Positions 1 to 9,065 of a stretch of DNA of 30,618 bases are shown here, piece by piece. Within the stretch, counting starts at the first letter, position 1, and each line of letters opens with the position of its first letter. The DNA is from Thermoproteota archaeon (GTDB lineage Archaea; Korarchaeota; Korarchaeia; Korarchaeales; Korarchaeaceae): the NCBI GenBank assembly GCA_027491415.1, contig JAOZFH010000023.1, positions 1-30,618 of the forward strand, read 5' to 3'. The notes beneath the pieces are model-generated. The model ran no database searches. It was not told where the DNA came from and worked only from the letters and a program-made list of their open reading frames with translations. The translations under genes were made by a program, and so were the position numbers.

Positions 1-6
1 GGAGGC

Positions 7-716
7 CTTTCAACCCTGCCGCAAGGAGCGGCCAATCTGCTTCCCGCTAACTTGACATCTTTAGGGCCGGAGATGTTAGCTTTCAACCCTGCCGCAAGGA
101 GCGGCCAATCTGCTTCATACTGCTGGCCCTAGCGTGTGGGGTGGGCATAAAGCTTTCAACCCTGCCGCAAGGAGCGGCCAATCTGCTTCCCCGGGAGTTT
201 CTTGGAGGGAGGCGGTGATATGGCCACTTTCAACCCTGCCGCAAGGAGCGGCCAATCTGCTTCCTGACCCCCTACGGGAGGACGTGGGCCAAGTGGGACT
301 TTCAACCCTGCCGCAAGGAGCGGCCAATCTGCTTCCTGAACTGCGAGCGGTGCTCAAAGGAGAGGAGGGAGGCTGACTTTCAACCCTGCCGCAAGGAGCG
401 GCCAATCTGCTTCGAGGGTCGCCCGACTCTTCGAGTTCGAGCTGAGCGTCCTCTTTCAACCCTGCCGCAAGGAGCGGCCAATCTGCTTCGTTATGCACAG
501 CAACTACATTTCGCACTCGGGCATGACCTTCTTTCAACCCTGCCGCAAGGAGCGGCCAATCTGCTTCTTGATGGTCTTCCACTCAGGCTTACCTTGGGGC
601 AGGGCTTTCAACCCTGCCGCAAGGAGCGGCCAATCTGCTTCGGTCGACTACGTCGAGTCGCCCCAGATACCGGTTCAGGCTTTCAACCCTGCCGCAAGGA
701 GCGGCCAATCTGCTTC
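7..716 (-). CRISPR. CRISPR array, 10 identical 37-bp repeats and 9 complete spacers (35-41 nt); continues off the left edge
   Basis: Repeat CTTTCAACCCTGCCGCAAGGAGCGGCCAATCTGCTTC starts at 7, 80, 153, 227, 299, 377, 453, 531, 605 and 680. Its reverse complement ends in GTTGAAAG, a typical 3' handle, and contains a GCCGC-TCCTT-GCGGC hairpin, so minus-strand transcription is inferred. Confidence 0.98.
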
Positions 717-830
717 CGGCGTCCTTCTATCCACTCTGCTTAAAGACCCTCCGCCAGGTCCGCCCGTTTACGGGCGGGTTCCCTACATCCGACTTCTGCG
801 CGCCCCTTTATAAAGATGTAAGGAGCGGAC
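717..830 (-). promoter_or_regulatory. Putative CRISPR leader
   Basis: Non-coding DNA next to the 5'-most repeat. TATA-like CTTTAAG (minus strand, 739-745), palindromic CTTTATAAAG (806-815), palindrome CCGCCCGT-TT-ACGGGCGG (760-777). Confidence 0.65.
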
Positions 831-1342
831 TACGTGGTCTCTGAGTGAATCCAGTCTCCCACATCGGCCTACAGGACTAGACAGGGTAGCCGCATCGTCG
901 GTTCAAACACTCAGCGCGTCTGCAATCCCATCATTCGCCCCCTCACCCTCTCGGTAACACCGGATTGGGCGGAGTCCTGTACCCGGCACTCCAACTATCC
1001 CATAGAAGTCTTTGAACCACTTGAGAGATATGTACATGCTGTGCACAGCCAAGCCCACTCGTCAGATTTCGCATCTTACGCTGGCGAGGAGCGAGACTTG
1101 ATCCTACATCTACCGACCCTCCGGGCGTTTCGTCGTGAAAGCAAAATTTCACGACTCACAGGGGAGGAGGGAGATCAACCAGTTTAGACGCGTTTTGAAC
1201 CCTCTAAGCTGAATTTGACCCTTCTACAGTGCCAGTTTGCATCAAAACTGACCCAGAGCTGGCATCGGGTCTCCCGCAGCGCTTCCCGAGTGAGTCCCAT
1301 TCACTGAGCCCTGTGATATCCCACAAATTCCCTGAGTACTGA

Positions 1343-1371
1343 TGGGAAATCTTATACCTGCCACTTTCCCA
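1343..1371 (+). promoter_or_regulatory. Inverted repeat around the TATA box of vapBC module 1
   Basis: TGGGAAA (1343-1349) and TTTCCCA (1365-1371) flank CTTATA, just upstream of ATG 1380. Confidence 0.5.
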
Positions 1372-1379
1372 CAACCCCG

Positions 1380-1616
1380 ATGGCAGAGGAGGCCACGATC
1401 GACGACAGGGGAAGGGTGCTGATCCCGGCCGAGGTCAGGAAGAGGCTGAGGCTCATGCCCGGCCAGAGGCTGAGGCTCGAGGTGTCGGGTGTCAGCGTTG
1501 TGCTCACCCCCGTTGTACCGAAGCCGAAGAGGGTTAGGGCAAACAGGCGGTGGGGGTCCGAGGCCTTCTTGGACGCGGGGGAGGCCACCTTTGGAGAGGA
1601 AGGTCTGGGACGTTAA
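1380..1616 (+). CDS. vapB: AbrB/MazE/SpoVT-family antitoxin (VapB)
   Basis: IDDRGRVLIPAEVRKRLRL..GQRL swapped-hairpin motif; overlaps the downstream PIN gene. Confidence 0.9.
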   Translation: MAEEATIDDRGRVLIPAEVRKRLRLMPGQRLRLEVSGVSVVLTPVVPKPKRVRANRRWGSEAFLDAGEATFGEEGLGR

Positions 1617-2055
1617 CGTGCTGGCCATCTATCTGGTCGAGGATCACCCCGGCAACCCCCACGTGTCCAGGGCCGTGGAGGAGGGGCTGGCCGGCGCGTA
1701 CACGCCCGTCGTACTGGGGTCCCTCCCCCTCAGGGTCTACCGGGTGCTCACTTCTAAGTGGGGGATAGGGCGGGCGGAGGCCGCAGAGGCCGTGGCAGAC
1801 TTCCTCAGAAAGTACGACGCCCCCGAGTACGTTGGCCTGAGGCGAGAGTCGATAGAGAGGGCGTTCGAACTGGCGGACGAGCTCGACCACGACGTATACG
1901 ACTGCGCATACCTCGCCCTGGCCCTGCAGGAGGGGGCCTCGGCCATAGTCACCACGGACACGGACTTCGAGCACCTCGCCCCGGCGGTCGGGCTGAGGTA
2001 CGAGAACCCGGTTCCGCCCGAGGTCTTGAGGAGGTTCACGGCCTTCGGCCGGTGA
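1591..2055 (+). CDS. vapC: PIN-domain toxin (VapC)
   Basis: VWDVNVL, DVYDCAYLALA and IVTTDTDF PIN motifs. Start moved to TTG 1591, which has a GGAGG-like SD upstream. Confidence 0.88.
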   Translation: MERKVWDVNVLAIYLVEDHPGNPHVSRAVEEGLAGAYTPVVLGSLPLRVYRVLTSKWGIGRAEAAEAVADFLRKYDAPEYVGLRRESIERAFELADELDHDVYDCAYLALALQEGASAIVTTDTDFEHLAPAVGLRYENPVPPEVLRRFTAFGR

Positions 2056-2178
2056 GTCGGGACAGGCATCCGGACCCTCCTCCCCCGTCTTTATGGAGTC
2101 GCCTCTCCCCCCTCGGTTCCCTGATACTTCTCCTTTATCTGACGTGGCGGGGCAGGAGGAAGGTGGGAGGCGAAGGCC

Positions 2179-2811
2179 GTGGGTAAGAGGAAGATTTCCC
2201 TCTTTGACCTGTTCCTCTGGGGTCTCTACGCGATCGCGTGGATTATAGTCCTAGGGACTGGGTGGCTGCACGCCGCGTTTCCAGTGGAACGGGTTCCGCC
2301 TACCTCCACATCCTTTTCCCTCACGCTGGCTCTCGCTCTGGTCGCAGCAGGAGTTGGGGGAGCCTTAGGGTCTTGGCTGAGGGTGGGTCGCCTGAAGGCC
2401 ACGGCCCTCCTGCTTACTCTCCTAGTGATAGGAAGTGGAGCCTACGCGATGATTGCTTCCCCCGCTCCGCGGCTATTCGTTCTCCACGAGGCAGGCGGAG
2501 TGAACGGGATTCTGGAGGAAGGCATCCACACGCTGAGTGGCGGGAAACTCGCGGTGTTGTACGCCGCCGAGCCAGAGACAGATGCCTATGTGGCGTTTGA
2601 CTGGGGCGAATCTCCCTCGTGCGACTTCCCCCAGATGAAGAGCAACTTGGCTGGAATTCCGCAGAACTGGACTGTCGGAGAGATAGCGTTGACCGAAATA
2701 CACTCCCAAGTCCGCTTTTGTGCCAGCGTCGAGGATCGGTTTCTCAAAGAGAGGTACGAGGTTCGCGGCACCATTTACCCGCTAAATGAATCCTGGAGGA
2801 TCAGCCTCTGA
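2179..2811 (+). CDS. Hypothetical membrane protein (three N-terminal TM helices plus a soluble domain); the frame continues past TGA to 2919
   Basis: Three hydrophobic segments; GGAGG SD before GTG. An in-frame TM-like tail follows the stop. Confidence 0.65.
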   Translation: MGKRKISLFDLFLWGLYAIAWIIVLGTGWLHAAFPVERVPPTSTSFSLTLALALVAAGVGGALGSWLRVGRLKATALLLTLLVIGSGAYAMIASPAPRLFVLHEAGGVNGILEEGIHTLSGGKLAVLYAAEPETDAYVAFDWGESPSCDFPQMKSNLAGIPQNWTVGEIALTEIHSQVRFCASVEDRFLKERYEVRGTIYPLNESWRISL

Positions 2812-3270
2812 TACAGCTGGGAAGATACCGAGGCATCCTTTGCCGTGTGGTTAGCGACGGCCTCCGTGGTGGCCAGTACCATCCTAGGATATCTAGTTGA
2901 GAGGAGGTTGAAGAGTTGAAGAAGTGAGGCTCTAGGCCATGATCACTCTGGTCCCAGCCCGCGCGTTCCTAACGCATTAGTAACGCAGGCCCAGACCGCG
3001 ATAGTTTCACCCGAGCAGGTCTAGGTAGAAGCGACTCTGACAGCGCGAAGCTCATTATCGATGTTCAGCCTCCCGTCTAAGAGACAGCCAAAAGCCCTTG
3101 TCCCGCCTCTCTCACGACTCTACGTTGGAGCGAACGTCCGCTCAGCCTGTAGTCCACTCCTCATCTTGACCGGCTTATGACATCACCGACCGTCCCACGG
3201 GCCGAGCATCTCGGGATATCTTTCACCCACTTGGTGGAGGGTGAGAAAAAGGGATGTTAGAGGTCGGCGC

Positions 3271-5199
3271 TCACTCCCCGCCCTCGTAGAGGGCCTTGAA
3301 CTCCTCGTACGCCTTCTTGACCTCCTCGACAGAGGCCTCGTCCTCTAGCGTGGTGAGGTCCCCGACCTCCTCTCCAGAGACCACGGCCCTCAGGACCCTC
3401 CTCATGATCTTCCCGCTCCTGGTCTTTGGGAGCCTCTGGACGAAGTGGACCTCGCTTGGCACGTACAAGGGGCTGATCTCCCCGCGTATGAACTCTCTGA
3501 TGGAGTCTCTCAGCTCGGGGCCGGGAGAGAACCCCTCCCTCAGGACCACGAAGGCCACTGGCGTCTCCCCCTTGACGGGGTGCGGCTTCCCCACCACAGC
3601 GGCCTCGGCCACCGCCTCGTGGGACACGAGAGCGCTCTCGAGCTCCATAGTGCCGATCCTGTGCCCCGAAACCTTGAGCACCTCGTCGGCCCTGCCCAGC
3701 AGCCAGAAGTATCCGTCCTCGTCTCTCATGGCGTAGTCTCCCGTGTAGTACCACCCGGGGAACTTGGACCAGTAGACCTCCCTGTACCTTACGGGGTCCC
3801 TGTACACCCCGAGGAGCATGGAGGGCCACGGTCTCTTGATCACCAGGTACCCCCTCACGCCCGGGGGGACGGGATTCCCGCCCTCGTCCACCACGTCGGC
3901 CTCGACCCCGGGGAGGGGAAGCGTGGCCGACCCGGGCTTCAGCGGCACCAGGGATATCCCGGGGCAGGGGGCGATCATGTTGGCCCCCGTCTCGGTCTGC
4001 CACCAGGTGTCCACTATCGGGCACCTCTCGCCCCCTATAACCCTGTAGTACCACCTCCACGCCTCGGGGTTGATGGGCTCGCCCACGGTCCCCAGAAGCC
4101 TCAGGGAGCTGAGGTCGTGCCTCTTCGGCCACTCCTCCCCGTACCTCATGAACATCCTTATCGCGGTAGGCGAGGTGTAGAGCACCGTCACCCCCTGCCT
4201 CTCGACGATGGACCACCACCTGTCCGGCGAAGGGTAGTCCGGGGCGCCCTCGTACATCACGGTTGTGGCCCCGGTGACGAGTGGCCCGTAGACGATGTAG
4301 CTGTGCCCGGTTATCCACCCGACGTCCGCGGCCGTCCAGAAGATGTCCTCGTCTCTAACGTCGAACACCCACCTCATGGTGGACTCCACTCCCACCAGGT
4401 AACCGCCGGTGCCGTGGACAATCCCCTTGGGCTTGCCCGTCGTGCCGGAGGTGTAGAGGATGAACAGCGGGTGGGTGCTCTCGACGGGCTCGGGCTCGAC
4501 GTAGTCGCGGGCCCCCTCCATCAGGTCGTGCCACCAGTAGTCCCTGCCCTCCTGCATCGACACCTCTGAGCCGGTCCTCCTGACGACCACGACAGTCTCT
4601 ATGGACGGGGCCCTGTCGACGGCCTCGTCCGCGATCCTCTTCAGCGGCACGACCTTTCCCCTCCTGTACCCGCCGTCGGCCGTGACCAGGACCTTGGCCC
4701 TTGAGTCGTTGATCCTGTCGGCGAGGGCCGTCGAGCTGAAGCCCGAGAAGACCACCGTGTGCACGGCGCCGATCCTGGCGCACGCCAGCATCGCCACAGG
4801 CAGCTCGGGGATCATGGGGAGGTAGATTGCCACCCTGTCGCCCTTCCTGACTCCCAGGTCCTTCAGCACGGAGGCGAACCTGTTGACCTCCCTGTATAGC
4901 CTGTAGTAGGTTATCACCTTCTCGTCGCCGGGCTCCCCCTCCCAGATTATCGCGGCCTTGTTCTTCCTCCATGTGGCCACGTGCCTGTCGAGCGCGTTGT
5001 GGCTGGCGTTGATCCTCCCGCCGACGAACCACCTGGCGTACGGTGGATCCCACTCCAGCACCCTGTCCCAGGTCTTGAACCAGTCGAGCCTCTTGGCCTG
5101 CTCCGCCCAGAAGCCCTCTGGGTCTCTCATGGACCTCTCGTACACCTCCTCATATCTCCTGGGCCAGATTCTCGACTCGGTCGGGAGCGGTCCCTCCAC
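3271..5199 (-). CDS. acs: Acetyl-CoA synthetase (AMP-forming acetate--CoA ligase)
   Basis: [34 protein letters not shown] and [12 protein letters not shown] motifs; 642 aa. Confidence 0.96.
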   Translation of the reverse strand: MEGPLPTESRIWPRRYEEVYERSMRDPEGFWAEQAKRLDWFKTWDRVLEWDPPYARWFVGGRINASHNALDRHVATWRKNKAAIIWEGEPGDEKVITYYRLYREVNRFASVLKDLGVRKGDRVAIYLPMIPELPVAMLACARIGAVHTVVFSGFSSTALADRINDSRAKVLVTADGGYRRGKVVPLKRIADEAVDRAPSIETVVVVRRTGSEVSMQEGRDYWWHDLMEGARDYVEPEPVESTHPLFILYTSGTTGKPKGIVHGTGGYLVGVESTMRWVFDVRDEDIFWTAADVGWITGHSYIVYGPLVTGATTVMYEGAPDYPSPDRWWSIVERQGVTVLYTSPTAIRMFMRYGEEWPKRHDLSSLRLLGTVGEPINPEAWRWYYRVIGGERCPIVDTWWQTETGANMIAPCPGISLVPLKPGSATLPLPGVEADVVDEGGNPVPPGVRGYLVIKRPWPSMLLGVYRDPVRYREVYWSKFPGWYYTGDYAMRDEDGYFWLLGRADEVLKVSGHRIGTMELESALVSHEAVAEAAVVGKPHPVKGETPVAFVVLREGFSPGPELRDSIREFIRGEISPLYVPSEVHFVQRLPKTRSGKIMRRVLRAVVSGEEVGDLTTLEDEASVEEVKKAYEEFKALYEGGE

Positions 5200-5529
5200 C
5201 GCGCGTCACCCCCGGTCTCGGCAACTCGAGTTCTCGGATAGATCGCGTCGATCGGTCTGGCTGGCAGCCTAACCGCTCAGCCTGGAGCGCTGATCGTCCG
5301 GAGCGATCGAGGGAAACCGAAGAAGGTTGCTGGACGCGAATTCAAGAATTATATAAATATTACTATAAACAGCTTTTCCAAAAAATCTCGCGGAGGCGCC
5401 CCGCTCGGCTTTGGGAGACGAGCACCCCCCGCGCCTCGCCCAGGGCGTTGGAGTTGATCTTTGAGAGCGCCGGTTCCCGCGAACCACACCTCCATGGGCA
5501 ACTCTCAATTGAGACAGGGGACTCACTGC

Positions 5530-6011
5530 TCACTCGATCAGTATCAGGCCGTAAGCGGCCCTCTCAGAGAAGTCGAACTCGAGCAGCGAGTCGAGCTCCA
5601 GCCCAACGGCACAGGTAGCCGGCCTGATCAGGTGGGGGGTCGGGCACTCACCCCCACCCCTCCCTCCGCGGCGGGACACGGATCGCAGAGCCTGCAGGGC
5701 CCCGGAAACAGGGCGAAGGCGTAGAGCTTTCCGCTGAGGGTGAACTCACGCTCCCTCTCGAGCAGCCACCTCTGGGCCTCGGCCTCAAATCTCTCCCTGG
5801 GCTCTCCTCCCTCCGGCTCGAACCTCACCACCAGGGCCCGACTGAAGTGGGAGGCCCACTCCCTCGCCTCCCTCCAGCCAGGAGAGGCGGGAGGGCAGGA
5901 CGGGGATCTCCCGCGGAGTTCACACGCCAGGCACTTCCAGACCGGCCTGGGCGTGAACCTCAGGCCCCGGGCCTCGACCTCCCTCGCCCAGGCGACCCGC
6001 AACCGACACAT
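5530..6011 (-). pseudogene. DUF2284-like Cys-rich metal-binding protein, frameshifted in a G-rich tract near 5650-5665
   Basis: KCLAC, SPSCPP and GPCRLCDPC lie in one frame. The C-terminus ECPTPHLIRPATCAVGLE...YGLILIE* lies in another frame ending at 5530. May be an assembly error. Confidence 0.75.
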
Positions 6012-6064
6012 CACCACTCGACCCCGGGGCGTCCGCCTATATTCACCACCCACCGCGGCCGCCC

Positions 6065-6811
6065 GTGGACCAAGTCGCGCTCGGATTCCTCGGAAGCCTG
6101 GCGGCCGGGCTGATGACGGCGCTAGGCGCGCTCCCCGCCCTCCTGCTGCACGGAGAGGTGCCAAACAGGGTGATGGACGTGCTCTACGGCCTGGCGGCCG
6201 GGGTTATGCTTGCGGCCAGCGCGTTCAGCCTACTCGTGCCCGCTCTGGAGGCCGGCTCCGTCCAAGAGGTCACCGCGGGGTTCGTCCTCGGCGGCGCGCT
6301 GATCGAGGCCGGAGACAGGCTGATACCCCACGTCCACCCCGTGTACGGTGAGGAGGGTCCCCCGTCCAGGCTCCGGAGGGTCTGGCTCCTCGTTCTGGCG
6401 ATGACGATCCACAACTTCCCGGAGGGCATGGCGGTGGGCGTGGCCTTCGGCTCGGGGGAGCTGGGTAGGGCTACGGCGCTGGCGACGGCCATAGGCATAC
6501 AGAACGTGCCTGAGGGGCTGGCCGTCTCCGCTCCGCTGGTCAGAGAGGGCTATGGGGGCCTGAGGGCCACGGTGTACGGGGCGCTGACGGGGCTGGTGGA
6601 GCCGGTGGGCGGGCTCATCGGGGCCTTAGCCGTCACCCGCGCGTCTGCCGTGCTGCCGATGGCGATGGGGCTCGCGGCAGGAGCCATGATATTCGTCGTG
6701 AGCGACGAGATGATACCGGAGAGCCACAGGAAGGGGCACGAGAGGTGGGCCACCGCCGGCGTGATACTGGGCTTCGCCCTCATGATGTTCTTGGACAGCG
6801 CATTCGGCTGA
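6065..6811 (+). CDS. zupT: ZIP-family divalent metal transporter (ZupT/GufA type)
   Basis: HNFPEGMAVG, IQNVPEG and EMIPESH motifs; multiple TM helices. Confidence 0.93.
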   Translation: MDQVALGFLGSLAAGLMTALGALPALLLHGEVPNRVMDVLYGLAAGVMLAASAFSLLVPALEAGSVQEVTAGFVLGGALIEAGDRLIPHVHPVYGEEGPPSRLRRVWLLVLAMTIHNFPEGMAVGVAFGSGELGRATALATAIGIQNVPEGLAVSAPLVREGYGGLRATVYGALTGLVEPVGGLIGALAVTRASAVLPMAMGLAAGAMIFVVSDEMIPESHRKGHERWATAGVILGFALMMFLDSAFG

Positions 6812-6931
6812 CGGTCGGAAAGAGGACCTGACCCCGCCAGCCACGCCTCTCCGCCCGCCCACATGTCCCGCGCAGGCCGCCTCTCACCAGACTCTCAAAG
6901 AGCCTCCGGGCAGATGCCCAATGACCTCGCC

Positions 6932-7345
6932 CTAGCCCAGAGAGCGGGGGTCTATCCTAGACACGCTCGGCACCGTATCGTAGGCCTCATCCACCGAGAT
7001 TATCTTCCCGTCGAAGAGGATCGCCGAGGCGCAGTGGAGAGAGTCGAAGTACGTGAGCCCGTGCCTCTCCCTCAGCTCCGAGGCGAGGGCGACGGTCTCA
7101 GTCGTCAGCGGCTGCTCCCCCAGGTTCCTGATCCTCGTAAAAGCCCTCAGATCCCCTCTGACCTCGGCCTCGGCCACGCCCCTTGACCTGAGGAGGAGCT
7201 CGTACTCCAGCAAGGCGGACACCGCGATCCTGACGCTCCTGAGCCGCCCCTCTCTCACGGCCCGAAAGAGCCTGTCCGCCCCCTCGTGAAGGGGGTCTGA
7301 GGAGTTAACCAGGGCTATCATCATGTCCAGCTCCACCACCGGCAA
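6932..7345 (-). CDS. vapC: PIN-domain toxin (VapC)
   Basis: ELD..IAL, LTYFDSLHCASA and IISVDEAYD motifs. Confidence 0.88.
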   Translation of the reverse strand: MPVVELDMMIALVNSSDPLHEGADRLFRAVREGRLRSVRIAVSALLEYELLLRSRGVAEAEVRGDLRAFTRIRNLGEQPLTTETVALASELRERHGLTYFDSLHCASAILFDGKIISVDEAYDTVPSVSRIDPRSLG

Positions 7346-7589
7346 TGGCTTCCCCCTCCAGCAGCCTGTCCGCCTCTCCCTCCAGCCTCTCGTAGGTCAG
7401 CTCCGGATTTCTGTACTTCCCCCTCAGCCTCTCGTACGGGTCCCTCTCCACCCTGACGACAATCTCCCCGCCCTTCTTCACCTCCCAGAGCAGGAGGTCC
7501 CCCTCCTCAATGCCGACCGCCCTACGGACGGCGGAGGGTACGGTCGTCAGCCCCTTCCTGCTGACCCTGCTCACAGCCACGGTCATCAT
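7305..7589 (-). CDS. vapB: AbrB-family antitoxin (VapB)
   Basis: VSRKGLTTVPSAVRRAVGIEEGDLL motif; upstream of and overlapping the PIN gene. Confidence 0.88.
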   Translation of the reverse strand: MMTVAVSRVSRKGLTTVPSAVRRAVGIEEGDLLLWEVKKGGEIVVRVERDPYERLRGKYRNPELTYERLEGEADRLLEGEAIAGGGAGHDDSPG

Positions 7590-7606
7590 AGTTACCAGTC
7601 TGTCTC

Positions 7607-7652
7607 TGTCTTAGAAATAATAGATTACTATGAAGGATTTGACTCTAAGACA
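7607..7652 (-). promoter_or_regulatory. Inverted repeat spanning the AT-rich promoter of vapBC module 2
   Basis: TGTCTTAGA (7607-7615) and TCTAAGACA (7644-7652). Confidence 0.5.
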
Positions 7653-7778
7653 TACGCAGGGGGCGGGCAACCCCTCGCGTCCGTCCCCGGGTGCCCCACG
7701 CAGGAATGCGAGGAGCCCACCTGTCCGCGGTAGGGTGTCTCTCCTGGTGGACGCTATCAGATCGCCTGATCGGGCCGG

Positions 7779-8333
7779 TCAGAGGGTGCGCTCCTCCCTC
7801 AAGACGTTCCCCCTCGGGTGGTAGCCCTTGTCCTCCCAGAACCCACCCGGGTAGCCCCTGGCGAACTCCACCCTCGTCAGCCACTTGGCGCTCTTCCAGG
7901 CGTACAGGTGCGGGATGATCGGCCTCGCCGGGAACCCCATCTCCTCCGGGAGGGGCCTGCCGTTCACCTCGAGGGCCACGATGGCGTCCTCGACCAGCGC
8001 GTCCTCCAGGGGGACGGACGTGTCGTACCCGTCCAGGCTCACGAACCTGACCCAGCGGGCCTCGGGCCTCACGCCAGCCATCTCGGCCAGCCTCGCGATC
8101 CTGACGCCCCTCCACCTGACCTCCCTAACGCTCCACCCGGTGACGCAGTGAAAGTCCCTGACGATCTCCACCTGCTCGAGGGACCTGAGCTCCCTGTAGC
8201 TGAGTGACAGCTCTCTCTCCACAAGCCCCGTCACGGTCAGCCTCCACTCCTCCAGGTTCACGCTGGGCCTCCCGAGCGCCGAGTACTCGATGAAGTCGCC
8301 GACCCACCTCTGCCCGGGCGGAAGTTCCGGCAC
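7779..8333 (-). CDS. Sulfite oxidase-family molybdopterin oxidoreductase (single domain, YuiH-like)
   Basis: LPPGQ, DFHCVTGWS (Mo-ligand Cys), GFPAR, YAWKSAKW and GFWE..GYH.RG motifs. Confidence 0.92.
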   Translation of the reverse strand: MPELPPGQRWVGDFIEYSALGRPSVNLEEWRLTVTGLVERELSLSYRELRSLEQVEIVRDFHCVTGWSVREVRWRGVRIARLAEMAGVRPEARWVRFVSLDGYDTSVPLEDALVEDAIVALEVNGRPLPEEMGFPARPIIPHLYAWKSAKWLTRVEFARGYPGGFWEDKGYHPRGNVLREERTL

Positions 8334-8401
8334 GCGCCGCTCACTCCCTCGAGCCTAATATCCTAATTCCATCAACACCCGACCCTCCACCCTCGATGGG
8401 G

Positions 8402-8986
8402 TCAAGGGGAGACCTCCCTCTCGGTGGAGGGGTCCACGGTCACGTACCTGTCGCTCCCCAGGTAGAGGGTGGGCCTCACCCTGCCCAGGTCGACCGTCGC
8501 GTCCTCTCGAAGGGAGTCGGAGGCCAGGAGGGATCTCACCTCCCCCACGAACCACGTGTGATCTCCCCATACCCTGGAGTCCACCACTCGGCACTCGAGG
8601 GCGACGTAGGCCTCGTCGAGTATCGGCACCCCGAGTTCGGGGCCCCCGAACACCCCGATCCCGGCGGCCCTGAGCTTGTCCCACCTCTCCCTCAGCGACA
8701 CCCTGCCGACGAAGTGTACCTTTTGGACCAGCTCGAAGGGCAGGAAGTTCACTCCGAACACGCCCGTGCTCCTCACGTTGTCGTGGGTGGCCCTCTTGGG
8801 GCTGATTGAGACCCCGTAGAGGGGAGGCCTGTGGGAGATGGGAGAGTGCCAGGTGGCCGCCATGGCGTTGGGCTCACCTTCGGGGGACAGGGAGGTTATG
8901 ACCGCCGTCATCCTGGGGTTCACGGCGGCGAAGAACCTGCTCACGTCGACCCTCCGCATCACCATGGTTATCCTCGGGCCGGACAT
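8402..8986 (-). CDS. Flavin reductase-like (DIM6/NTAB, flavoredoxin) protein
   Basis: PNAM...W..PIS..PP, LECRV and GDHTWFVGEV motifs. Start could be a few codons later. Confidence 0.9.
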   Translation of the reverse strand: MSGPRITMVMRRVDVSRFFAAVNPRMTAVITSLSPEGEPNAMAATWHSPISHRPPLYGVSISPKRATHDNVRSTGVFGVNFLPFELVQKVHFVGRVSLRERWDKLRAAGIGVFGGPELGVPILDEAYVALECRVVDSRVWGDHTWFVGEVRSLLASDSLREDATVDLGRVRPTLYLGSDRYVTVDPSTEREVSP

Positions 8987-9065
8987 AAATCCAGCTGGTT
9001 AGGAGTCGGCGAGGGCCCCGCCCCTTCAACCTCCCTTTAAAAGGAGGGACGCGCGGGGCCGCCCC

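Noticed and set aside
431-445. 15-nt exact match of spacer 6 to 30023-30037 (TCGAGTTCGAGCTGA)
   Set aside because: The rest of the 39-nt spacer aligns poorly and the match uses common codons; most likely chance rather than self-targeting.
115-813. ORFs of 155, 80 and 106 aa across the array
   Set aside because: They are translations of the CRISPR repeats.
818-830. Repeat-like GTAAGGAGCGGAC in the leader (possible anti-repeat or degenerate repeat)
   Set aside because: Only 9 nt are exact, the spacing does not fit the array period, and there is no class 2 context.
2920-3256. Possible gene relic or SECIS downstream of the membrane protein
   Set aside because: Only short fragments such as RFYLDLLG occur between stops; no recognisable SECIS stem.
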